DNA of 24,643 bases from a virus. Lineage: Duplodnaviria > Heunggongvirae > Uroviricota > Caudoviricetes. Under the pieces are notes generated by a model that was not told the DNA's origin, did not search any database, and was given only the letters and a program-made list of their open reading frames with translations. Within the stretch, counting starts at the first letter, position 1; each line of letters starts with the position of its first letter. Both the position numbers and the translations under genes were made by a program. Below, piece by piece: positions 17,267 through 24,643 of this stretch. The stretch lies in IMG/VR virus record IMGVR_UViG_2778261316_000001, positions 1 to 24,643 of that record. The stretch is one strand, 5' to 3'.

Positions 17267-18190
17267 ACGCCCACTGGTTATAAACACGCAGCTGGCAATG
17301 AAAATTGGCTTAAACGAAGCCATTGTTTTGCAACAACTGCACTACTGGTTGAGAGATACCAACTCCGGCATGGAATGTGATGGTGTTCGCTGGATTTATA
17401 ACACAACGGAACAATGGCTGGAACAGTTCCCATTCTGGTCAGAGTCAACGTTAAAGCGCGCGTTTGCAAGTCTGAAAACGCTGGGGCTTTTGCGTTGTGA
17501 AAAGCTCAATAAATCAAAGCGCGATATGACCAATTTCTACTTTTAGATGGTGGCAAATTGAGCGAATCCATCGGTTCAAAATGCGCCGCTCCATCAGGTC
17601 AAAATGACACGATGGAAGAGGTCAAAATGAAACGCTCCATTGGTTCAAAACGACCCAATGTCATCGGGTCAAAATGGCCTGATGATCTTACAGAGAATAC
17701 AACAGAGATTACTACAGAGAATAAAAACACTTTTCGTCCGGAAGCTTCGCAACCGGACCCGCAGACGACTGAACAGGATTCTTTAACCCGGAACTCCGAC
17801 GCGGTTGTGTTTAGTGCGAAAAAACGCCAGTGGGGTAGCAGGGAGGATTTGGCGTGTGCGCAGTGGATCTGGGGGCGGATCGTGGGTCTCTACGAACAGG
17901 CAGCCAGTGATGATGGCGAGATCATGCGACCAAAAGAGCCTAACTGGACTGCCTGGGCCAATGACGTGCGCACAATGCGGATGCTGGATGGCAGAAGCCA
18001 CAGACAAATTTGCGAAATGTTTGGTCGGGTTCAGCGAGATCCATTCTGGGTAAAAAACATCATGAGCCCGTCAAAGCTCCGCGAAAAATGGGACGAACTG
18101 GTCATCCGCCTGGGACGTTCACCTGTACAGCGTTGTGTTAATCATATTTCTGAACCGGATACAGAAATTCCGCCTGGTTTCAGAGGATAA
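17247..18190 (+). pseudogene. Phage replication initiator (O-like) split into two frames at a T-run, with origin iterons inside
   Basis: N-terminal ~100 aa (MSLLFAERPLVINTQLAMKIGLNEAIVLQQLHYWL...) in frame 0 ends at 17546; continuation in another frame from about 17513/17558 to 18190; frames meet at ctacTTTTagatgg. Confidence 0.55.
17562..17680. repeat. Five iterons (consensus TCCATYGGTTCAAAATG) at 23-24 bp spacing, followed by an A+T-rich stretch: candidate prophage replication origin
   Basis: CAAAATG/CAAAACG cores at 17577, 17600, 17623, 17646, 17670; downstream acagagaatacaacagagattactacagagaataaaaac. Confidence 0.65.
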
Positions 18191-18230
18191 GTGTTGATTT
18201 CAGGTCATGAGGTAATTTTAAGGGGGACTT

Positions 18231-18653
18231 GTGGCAAAAGTTTTTACACAAGAAGAGCGGGAAAAAATTAAATGGCAGGTGGTGGAACTCGTGCGCCAGA
18301 GCGGCCGTGAGACGTTACGGCAACTGGAAGCTAAAACAGGTGCGACTAGATATCTGATGAGCGTTCTTGCCAGAGAGCTGGTAGCCAGTGGCGATGTATA
18401 CAACTCCGGCTACGGGTTATTCCCCTCTGAACAGGCGCGTAAGGACTGGCAAAACGCCCGCAAAAAACTCTCGAGGGCAAAGGTGAAGAAACCTGCTGTG
18501 GTTGATCCGGACCTTATCTGGTCATCACCTGACGGAGAAATACGTCGCTACGACAGTCGCCTAAACATAATCTGTCGCGAGTGCCGGAAGAGCGAAGTTA
18601 TGCAGCGCATACTGGCTTTCTATCAGGGTAATTTTCAGGACGTGGCGCAGTGA
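18231..18653 (+). CDS. Hypothetical prophage protein, 140 aa (GTG start)
   Basis: ORF after the replication gene, overlapping the methyltransferase start (GTGA); basic, with a CxxC pair (CRECRK). Confidence 0.4.
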   Translation: MAKVFTQEEREKIKWQVVELVRQSGRETLRQLEAKTGATRYLMSVLARELVASGDVYNSGYGLFPSEQARKDWQNARKKLSRAKVKKPAVVDPDLIWSSPDGEIRRYDSRLNIICRECRKSEVMQRILAFYQGNFQDVAQ

Positions 18654-19139
18654 GTGCACCGGCAACCATTCTTGATATGTGCTGTGGCAGCCGCATGTTC
18701 TGGTTCGATAAGTCTGACAAACGGGCGATATTCAGCGATATCAGAAAAGAAGGATACACATTACGCAATGGGAGACGCTTGATTATCAGCCCTGACATTA
18801 TCGCAGATTTTCGTGCATTATCATTTGCAGACGCATCTTTTTCGATGGTTGTATTAGACCCTCCGCATCTTGAGCGTGTTGGTGATAACGCCTGGATGGG
18901 AAAGAAATATGGACGGCTGAATAAAGATGCCTGGCGTGATGATTTGCGACAGAGATTTAAAGAAGCTTTTCGGGTGTTGAGGCCGCACGGCGTTCTGATT
19001 TTTTAATGGAATGAAACGCAAATACCGGTAAGCCAGATTCTGGCACTGACAGATAGAAAGCCTGTTATCTGTCAACGAACAGGGAAAAAACGATAAAACC
19101 CACTGGATTATTTTTATGAAAGAGGCATCCAGTGAGTAG
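18650..19139 (+). pseudogene. Phage DNA methyltransferase (DPPH motif) disrupted by an in-frame TAA and a frameshift in an A-run
   Basis: ILDMCCGSR (motif I-like) and VVLDPPH (motif IV); in-frame TAA at 19004-19006 inside ...GVLIF*WNETQIPVSQ...; reading shifts frame in AAAAAA at 19085-19090 to continue ...NDKTHWIIFMKEASSE. Confidence 0.6.
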
Positions 19140-19616
19140 ATTCGTAAGGTTACAGATACGTATATCTGAATAATTAAATTCAGTTCTGTAAATAAAACTT
19201 AATCCTTAACCGGATGGATTTCTGCACCCTCAGAACATCAGGAGGCCGCCCGAAAGGGCGGTAGTGAAATGCGAAAGTTCAAAATTATTATTGAAACGGA
19301 AATAGCTGGTGGAGATTTTGAGGATGTATTCGAAGTGGACGATGACGCAACACCTGATGAAATTCATGACGGAGCATAAGAAATTTTCTTTAACTACTGC
19401 AATTACTCATACCACGAAATAAAAGACGATGAGGAAGAACAAAGTGGCTGATTTTTGTTCAGCTAAATATAACATCAGTTTTGAAGAGCGGGATGAACTA
19501 TTAATGGACTATGGTGAATTACGCGGTGGAAGTGCTGCTGATGTCGAATCCTAGCGTGATGACTATGAAGCGGGAAAAACTCCGGTCGAAGCATATTGTG
19601 ATGAGTGGGGCGATGA

Positions 19617-19871
19617 ATGAGCGAGATTAATTATCAGGAAGGGCATGAAACGGCGGGGCAAGCAAAACCAGTGGCATGGCGATATCGCTACGTGAAAAAA
19701 GCGTTACGGACTTTCAGGGGAAGTAGTGGTCTGGTGACTGGAAATATGTACCGAAAAAAGAGGATTGTAACGACAGGCCGAACTATCAAATTCAGGCCTT
19801 ATTCACTGCCTCACCAGTCCCGGTTACATCAGAAGAACTGGTTAAAGCTGTGCACTTTTATGAACAACTAA
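19617..19871 (+). CDS. Hypothetical protein, 84 aa, possibly frameshifted
   Basis: Track ORF; an alternative frame from about 19700 gives a more protein-like continuation (WKYVPKKEDCNDRPNYQIQALFTASPVPVTSEELVKAVHFYEQLKREN) without a start codon. Confidence 0.3.
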   Translation: MSEINYQEGHETAGQAKPVAWRYRYVKKALRTFRGSSGLVTGNMYRKKRIVTTGRTIKFRPYSLPHQSRLHQKNWLKLCTFMNN

Positions 19872-20157
19872 AACGCGAAAATCCACCAACATCCGGCAAC
19901 TAGATTAATGGATTAACTATGTCGGTTAAACGACCAGCCAACTGAAAAAGCGGAAACCTGATTACAGGTTGCCAGATAAGGCAATGAGCTACCTGGCGCG
20001 GAACGGGCTGATAAGTATGGGGAATGTTTTACGATGAACCTTTAGACTAAAGAGTTTGTAACGCTATGTAAGTGATTTTTTCTGGTTTAGATATTTATAT
20101 GTCCGGCCAAATTGAGGTGTGTTTAAATGTAATTGCACATTGATTGTAGGAGGAATA

Positions 20158-20337
20158 ATGAAAAACGCATTGCAGTTTTTGTTTGTTGCGTTCTGGTTGT
20201 TCGCATCATGTATGCCCATCATCTTCACAGCAAGGTATATGGAAAAAGTTGATGTTTTGATATTAATATTTGGATATATAAATGCCCTTTTTTTAGGGGT
20301 GTTCATGGCGGTCATGTGCATTGAATACTGGCGGTAA
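20158..20337 (+). CDS. Small two-helix membrane protein, 59 aa
   Basis: Strong RBS (TAGGAGGAATAATG), A+T-rich upstream region; MKNALQFLFVAFWLFASCMPIIFTARYMEKVDVLILIFGYINALFLGVFMAVMCIEYWR. Confidence 0.4.
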   Translation: MKNALQFLFVAFWLFASCMPIIFTARYMEKVDVLILIFGYINALFLGVFMAVMCIEYWR

Positions 20338-20643
20338 ATACAGCGAACTCCATTGGTTTAGTTGGATATTTACTGTGCTGGACAAAAACGGTTTGCGGGG
20401 AAATCTTAGTTAAGTAGAATGACTGCGGGTGCTTGAGGCTATCTGCCTCGGGCATGGACACCAACGGCAGATAGAGAAAAGCCCCAGTTAACATTACGCG
20501 TCCTGCAAGACGCTTAACATTAATCTGAGGCCAATTTCATGCTAGACACATGTAGGTTAGCCTCTTACGTGCCGAAAGGCACGGAGAAGCAGGCTATTGT
20601 TAACACCAAGCTGTAATGTCCCCTTTGAACCATTCTAAAATGT

Positions 20644-20670
20644 CCCCAGACAATTCTCTGGGGGATTTTT
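20644..20670 (+). terminator. Intrinsic terminator-like hairpin (CCCCAG...CTGGGG + TTTTT) immediately upstream of the transposase start
   Basis: 6-bp GC-rich stem, 8-nt loop, then GATTTTT; ends 1 nt before the ATG at 20672. Confidence 0.4.
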
Positions 20671-20671
20671 C

Positions 20672-22012
20672 ATGATCAAAGAGACTGTTACGATGAGTCA
20701 TAAGGAACTCCACCGACTTCAGATTATTCAGGAGTCAATTAATCGACATATTACTCAGGAACAAGCTGCGGCACGCATTGGCATTTCTATTCGGCAGGTT
20801 AAACGTCTGGTGCAACGGTATAGAAATGAAGGGCCTTCTGGTCTGGTTTCCCACCGACGTGGAAAGCGTCCTAATAATTCCTTTTCTACTGAATTCAGAG
20901 CAACAGTAATTTCACTCCTCAAAGGCCGTTACGCTGATTTTGGACCTACGTTTGCGTGCGAAAAATTGCGCGAGATACACGGTTTATCTTTATCCGTTGA
21001 AACTCTCAGAAAGTGGATGATAGAAGAGGGGTTATGGCGTGAACGCCGTCGTAAAATTGCCCGTATATATCAACGCCGCATGCGACGACCATCTTACGGT
21101 GAACTGATCCAGATTGATGGCTCACCTCATGACTGGTTTGAAAATCGAGGCCCCAGATGTACACTGATCGTTTTCATTGATGATGCCACCAGTGCGTTGA
21201 TGGCGTTGCGTTTTGTGCCTGCTGAAACAACCCGGGCTTACATGGAAACCCTCCGGGGTTACCTTAATGATCATGGCGTACCGCTCGCTCTCTACTCTGA
21301 TAGACACAGTATATTCAGGGTAAATAACCCAGAGCGGGAAGGTGAGCTGACCCAGTTCACTCGTGCGATAAAGACACTGGGCATCGAGCCAATCCATGCC
21401 AACAGCCCGCAGGCAAAAGGGCGGGTAGAGCGCGCCAATCAGACACTACAGGACAGGCTGGTCAAAGAAATGCGGCTTCAGAATATCAGTGATATTGAAA
21501 CAGCAAATGCATGGTTGCCGACCTTTATTGAAGCCTATAACAACCGGTTCGCTACGTCGCCTCGTACTACTGATAATGCTCATCTTGATGTGCACCATTC
21601 TGAAGAGGAACTGGGTTATATCTTCAGCCTACAGGCGAAGCGCGTTCTGTCTAAAAATCTCACTTTCCAGTACAAAAGCAGTGCGTTTCAGGTACGCAGT
21701 GAGAGCCGGGGATATCGACTTAGGCATTCGGTTGTTACTGTATGCGAGAACTTTGACGGTGAAATTAACGTTCTGTATGACGGGAAAGCGCTGGGCTGGG
21801 AAAAGTATGTTGATGGCCCGGAGCCTATACCACTGGATGATGAAAAGAGTGTCCATGAACGAGTGGATAATGCCCGTATTGATTTACGCTCAAAATACTA
21901 TGTTAAACCTAAAGCTGACCATCCCTGGCTTACGCGCCGAACGCAAAGTCATCAGCAAGTTAAGCCCCCGAAGTTACCTAAAAAGAAGCCTGATCCCGAT
22001 AAAAAAGATTGA
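20672..22012 (+). CDS. DDE transposase (HTH N-terminus plus rve integrase-core domain), 446 aa; IS481/ISNCY-like
   Basis: N-terminal HTH (ITQEQAAARIGISIRQVKRLVQRY), catalytic core with D...D...E pattern (IQIDGSPHDWF..., LYSDRHSIF, ...RVERANQTLQ), basic C-tail. Family assignment from memory. Confidence 0.8.
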   Translation: MIKETVTMSHKELHRLQIIQESINRHITQEQAAARIGISIRQVKRLVQRYRNEGPSGLVSHRRGKRPNNSFSTEFRATVISLLKGRYADFGPTFACEKLREIHGLSLSVETLRKWMIEEGLWRERRRKIARIYQRRMRRPSYGELIQIDGSPHDWFENRGPRCTLIVFIDDATSALMALRFVPAETTRAYMETLRGYLNDHGVPLALYSDRHSIFRVNNPEREGELTQFTRAIKTLGIEPIHANSPQAKGRVERANQTLQDRLVKEMRLQNISDIETANAWLPTFIEAYNNRFATSPRTTDNAHLDVHHSEEELGYIFSLQAKRVLSKNLTFQYKSSAFQVRSESRGYRLRHSVVTVCENFDGEINVLYDGKALGWEKYVDGPEPIPLDDEKSVHERVDNARIDLRSKYYVKPKADHPWLTRRTQSHQQVKPPKLPKKKPDPDKKD

Positions 22013-22404
22013 AACCAAGATCGATTCGGTTGAGTGCATATCCATTCATAGGGTAGATTCTTAAGTCGCGTTTCTGGTGTTCATTTTCGGGTGGTTTGTT
22101 ACTTGTTTTACCGGGGATATGCCAGAAACGCGCTGAGTCAGTCTGGGCGGTGCGCGTAATGAGGCGTTATGGTAAATAGCCTATGCTAATGTCCGCTAAG
22201 AGCAAGAAGCGGAAGTTGGCAGTTTTGTGGACTGTCCCCACAAAAGTGACTACAGAAATAGTTGCAATTCATAATTGATCATGGGTTGTCAGTTAAACTC
22301 GTGGCGATTTAAATAGACTAATTGGGAGTGCGTCCATTACTTATATCTTGTAATGTTAACTATCAGAAATGATACAAAGATAATATGTCTTTAAAGAAAA
22401 GGCT

Positions 22405-22434
22405 GATGGCGAAAAGTGGCCCGATGAGGGCCAC
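22405..22434 (-). terminator. Intrinsic terminator downstream of flxA (GTGGCCC...GGGCCAC + U tract)
   Basis: 7-bp GC-rich inverted repeat 15 nt after the flxA stop, followed on the minus strand by UUUUC. Confidence 0.45.
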
Positions 22435-22448
22435 AATACGGCTGTCAC

Positions 22449-22781
22449 TTAGACGTAAATATCAATGGTGCCAGCGGTATTTGTATCGTCTTTTTTCTCT
22501 TCTTTTTTATCAGGCTGAACTGTCGCGTCTTCATTCTTTTTCTCTGCCTGCTGCCTTAACAACTGCTCCAGTTGAGCCCAGAGGCTTTCAATTTGCTTCT
22601 GTACCAATGCAGCCATTTCTTTTTTCTGCTGTGTCGTCATCCCCTCTTCCGATGAGATTTTCCCAAGCTTTTCAGTCAGCACCTGAATTTGTCTTGTGAT
22701 TTTGGCTATTTCTGATGTTCCTTCCGGGGCGGAGTTGTTTGAAATAACGGTTGAGGTATTTCCCTGAATTGTGACAGACAT
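22449..22781 (-). CDS. flxA: FlxA (FliA-regulated prophage protein), 110 aa
   Basis: Full-length match to recalled FlxA (MSVTIQGNTSTVISNNSAPEGTSEIAKITRQIQVLTEKLG...). Confidence 0.9.
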   Translation of the reverse strand: MSVTIQGNTSTVISNNSAPEGTSEIAKITRQIQVLTEKLGKISSEEGMTTQQKKEMAALVQKQIESLWAQLEQLLRQQAEKKNEDATVQPDKKEEKKDDTNTAGTIDIYV

Positions 22782-22804
22782 AGATTTCTCCTTTTAAAAA
22801 AGCA

Positions 22805-22832
22805 CTATCGGCATGAACAAAAAAATCTTTAA
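22805..22832 (-). promoter_or_regulatory. Sigma-28 (FliA) promoter of flxA: TAAAGA-N14-GCCGATAG
   Basis: On the minus strand TAAAGAtttttttgttcatGCCGATAG lies about 25 nt upstream of the flxA ATG; matches class-3 flagellar promoter consensus TAAAGTTT-N11-GCCGATAA. Confidence 0.55.
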
Positions 22833-22983
22833 TCGTATTTCTTGTGTCATTAATTGTTTGATGTTCAGATTGTTTTCCTCGCGGGCTGGCGCGCCTCAGA
22901 AAGTAAAGCTTGTTGACAGGGGTAAACGTTCGGCAATAATTTTCTGCCGCATGCGGGTGTTGCATAAAACGTGTTACGTTCCT

Positions 22984-23289
22984 TTATCGACAGGTCAGGT
23001 CACCGCTCACCCGCCGACGAGAAAGCAACACTGACATGCTAAAGCAAAAAATAGATGAATAAGTTGAGTTGTGCATATGTAGCCTGACCGTCACAAAGTA
23101 TATGGTGTCTGTACCAGTAAGATGATGGCCGGACTCTTTAAAAACGAGCTGACCTGCACAATACAGGATGGACTTAGCAATGGCTGCTCCTGGCAGAAAG
23201 CGGACAGTGATCACCGTTCTTACGACTACTTTCTGACTTCCTTCGTGACTTGCCCTAAGCATGTTGTAGTGCGATACTTGTAATGACAT
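22984..23289 (-). CDS. ydfV: Possible YdfV-like prophage protein, 101 aa
   Basis: Assigned only by position (between flxA and relB) and by size equal to K-12 YdfV; sequence has odd composition and may be non-coding. Confidence 0.3.
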   Translation of the reverse strand: MSLQVSHYNMLRASHEGSQKVVVRTVITVRFLPGAAIAKSILYCAGQLVFKESGHHLTGTDTIYFVTVRLHMHNSTYSSIFCFSMSVLLSRRRVSGDLTCR

Positions 23290-23302
23290 TTGTAATTACA
23301 AG
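23277..23302. promoter_or_regulatory. relBE operator/promoter: CTTGTAAT-N10-ATTACAAG with internal palindrome TTGTAATTACAA
   Basis: Inverted repeats 12 nt upstream of the relB ATG; RelB-RelE autoregulation through such operators is established. Confidence 0.5.
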
Positions 23303-23313
23303 AGGTGTAAGAC

Positions 23314-23553
23314 ATGGGTAGCATTAACCTGCGTATTGACGATGAACTTAAAGCGCGTTCTTACGCCGCGCTTGAAAAAATGGGTGTAACTCCTTCTGAA
23401 GCGCTTCGTCTCATGCTCGAGTATATCGCTGACAATGAACGCTTGCCGTTCAAACAGACACTCCTGAGTGATGAAGATGCTGAACTTGTGGAGATAGTGA
23501 AAGAACGGCTTCGTAATCCTAAGCCAGTACGTGTGACGCTGGATGAACTCTGA
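23314..23553 (+). CDS. relB: RelB antitoxin, 79 aa
   Basis: Near-identical to recalled RelB (MGSINLRIDDELKARSYA...PKPVRVTLDEL). Confidence 0.92.
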   Translation: MGSINLRIDDELKARSYAALEKMGVTPSEALRLMLEYIADNERLPFKQTLLSDEDAELVEIVKERLRNPKPVRVTLDEL

Positions 23554-23840
23554 TGGCGTATTTTCTGGATTTTGACGAGCGGGCACTAAAGGAATGGCGA
23601 AAGCTGGGCTCGACGGTACGTGAACAGTTGAAAAAGAAGCTGGTTGAAGTACTTGAGTCACCCCGGATTGAAGCAAACAAGCTCCGTGGTATGCCTGATT
23701 GTTACAAGATTAAGCTCCGGTCTTCAGGCTATCGCCTTGTATACCAGGTTATAGACGAGAAAGTTGTCGTTTTCGTGATTTCTGTTGGGAAAAGAGAACG
23801 CTCGGAAGTATATAGCGAGGCGGTCAAACGCATTCTCTGA
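23553..23840 (+). CDS. relE: RelE mRNA interferase toxin, 95 aa
   Basis: Matches recalled RelE (MAYFLDFDERALKEWRKLGSTVREQLKKKL...); start overlaps the relB stop. Confidence 0.92.
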   Translation: MAYFLDFDERALKEWRKLGSTVREQLKKKLVEVLESPRIEANKLRGMPDCYKIKLRSSGYRLVYQVIDEKVVVFVISVGKRERSEVYSEAVKRIL

Positions 23841-23911
23841 ACCAAAGCATGACATCTCTGTTTCGCACCGAAGGTGACACTTCTGCTTTGCGTTGACAGG
23901 AGAAGCAGGCT

Positions 23912-24067
23912 ATGAAGCAGCAAAAGGCGATGTTAATCGCCCTGATCGTCATCTGTTTAACCGTCATAGTGACGGCACTGGTAACGAGGAAAGACCTCTG
24001 CGAGGTACGAATCCGAACCGGCCAGACGGAGGTCGCTGTCTTCACAGCTTACGAACCTGAGGAGTAA
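23912..24067 (+). CDS. hokD: HokD (RelF) Hok-family membrane toxin, 51 aa
   Basis: MKQQKAMLIALIVICLTVIVTALVTRKDLCEVRIRTGQTEVAVFTAYEPEE, found by manual translation; typical Hok architecture. Confidence 0.85.
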   Translation: MKQQKAMLIALIVICLTVIVTALVTRKDLCEVRIRTGQTEVAVFTAYEPEE

Positions 24068-24137
24068 GAGACTCGGCGAGTGAGAAATCCCTCGCCACCT
24101 CTGATGTGGCAGGCATCCTCAACGCACCCGCACTTAA

Positions 24138-24160
24138 CCCGCTTCGGCGGGTTTTTGTTT
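24138..24160 (+). terminator. Rho-independent terminator after hokD (CCCGC-TTCG-GCGGG + TTTTTGTTTTT)
   Basis: 5-bp GC stem with tetraloop followed by a T-run, about 70 nt after the hokD stop. Confidence 0.6.
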
Positions 24161-24283
24161 TTATTTTCAACGCATTTGAAGTTCTGGATGGTGCCGGAAT
24201 AGAATCAAAAATACTTAAGTAGCGCGCAGGGATAAGAGGGATGGTCCCTTAAAGGGGAGAGCTAATTATCCGGAAGGATTCTG

Positions 24284-24535
24284 ATGATGAACATCGAAGA
24301 ACTGCGTAAAATTTTTTGTGAAGATGGCCTCTATGCTGTGTGCGTTGAAAATGGAAATATTGCTAGTCATTACCGCATTGTGTGTTTGCAAAAAAATGGG
24401 GCTGCGTTAATTAATTATGTGGATGCCCGAGTGACGGACGGATTTATCTTGCGCGACGGTGAGTTTGTCACTTCATTACAGGCATTGAAAGAGATCGGAA
24501 TAAAAGCTGGCTTTTCTGCTTTTTCAGAAGAATAA
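24284..24535 (+). CDS. rem: Rem-like prophage protein, 83 aa
   Basis: Size and position after hokD match K-12 Qin rem; sequence MMNIEELRKIFCEDGLYAVCVENGN... resembles recalled Rem. Confidence 0.65.
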   Translation: MMNIEELRKIFCEDGLYAVCVENGNIASHYRIVCLQKNGAALINYVDARVTDGFILRDGEFVTSLQALKEIGIKAGFSAFSEE

Positions 24536-24643
24536 ACTCATCTACAATCTTGCGCGGGGCTGAACTCCATAAGCGCTAACTTAAGGGTTGTGGTATTACG
24601 CCTGATATGATTTAACGTGCCGATGAATTACTCTCACGATAAC

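Larger units (their letters stand above)
20560..22260. mobile_element. Insertion sequence carrying the transposase; ends not resolved
   Basis: Single transposase ORF with about 100-250 bp flanks before the neighbouring prophage genes; no clean terminal inverted repeats could be identified by eye. Confidence 0.35.
10150..24643. mobile_element. Qin-like lambdoid prophage inserted in ydfJ (continues past right window edge), partly decayed
   Basis: int-xis-exo, dicB operon with exact DicF, dicA/dicC, iteron origin, nin-like decayed genes, flxA, relBE-hokD, rem in the order recalled for K-12 Qin. Confidence 0.75.

Noticed and set aside
17562-17680. Regularly spaced repeats considered as a possible CRISPR array
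   Set aside because: Units are 17 nt with spacers of only about 6 nt, lie inside a replication gene and are followed by an A+T-rich stretch; this fits origin iterons, not CRISPR repeat-spacer structure, and no cas genes are present.
18650-19915. In-frame TAA/TAG codons followed by coding-like sequence, considered as stop-codon reassignment or programmed readthrough
   Set aside because: All flanking conserved genes (speG, rspA, relBE and others) terminate normally at the same codons; accumulated nonsense and frameshift lesions in a decaying prophage are the simpler explanation.
22984-23289. Confident naming of the 101-aa ORF as ydfV
   Set aside because: Only size and position support it; the sequence composition looks non-protein-like, so it is listed at low confidence only.

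Overview
This window reads as an Escherichia coli-type chromosome segment with three parts. (1) Positions 1-3421 are a phage-like block of unknown affiliation (KilA-N-like protein, coiled-coil protein, 332-aa capsid-like protein, small proteins) that abuts and truncates the DMSO-reductase-family gene ynfE near codon 471. (2) Positions 3422-10007 are conserved core genes: ynfE' (truncated), ynfD, ynfC, speG, ynfB, ynfA, rspA, rspB. (3) From about 10150 to the window end is a Qin-like lambdoid prophage inserted in ydfJ: integrase, excisionase, a RecE-like exonuclease, the dicB operon (ydfD, dicB, DicF sRNA, ydfC/B/A), the dicA/dicC immunity switch, a decayed replication and nin-like region (iteron origin, split initiator, methyltransferase pseudogene), an IS transposase, flxA, relBE-hokD and rem. 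Gene names were assigned from recalled K-12 protein and RNA sequences; no database search was run. The most notable observations are the foreign block truncating ynfE, the RecE-like exonuclease carrying a DnaQ-type 3'-5' exonuclease domain, and the iteron origin sitting at a frameshift in the replication initiator. The printed sequence and the ORF track disagree by 1 nt around 10140-10206, so coordinates there are approximate. No CRISPR array, tRNA or rRNA was seen.
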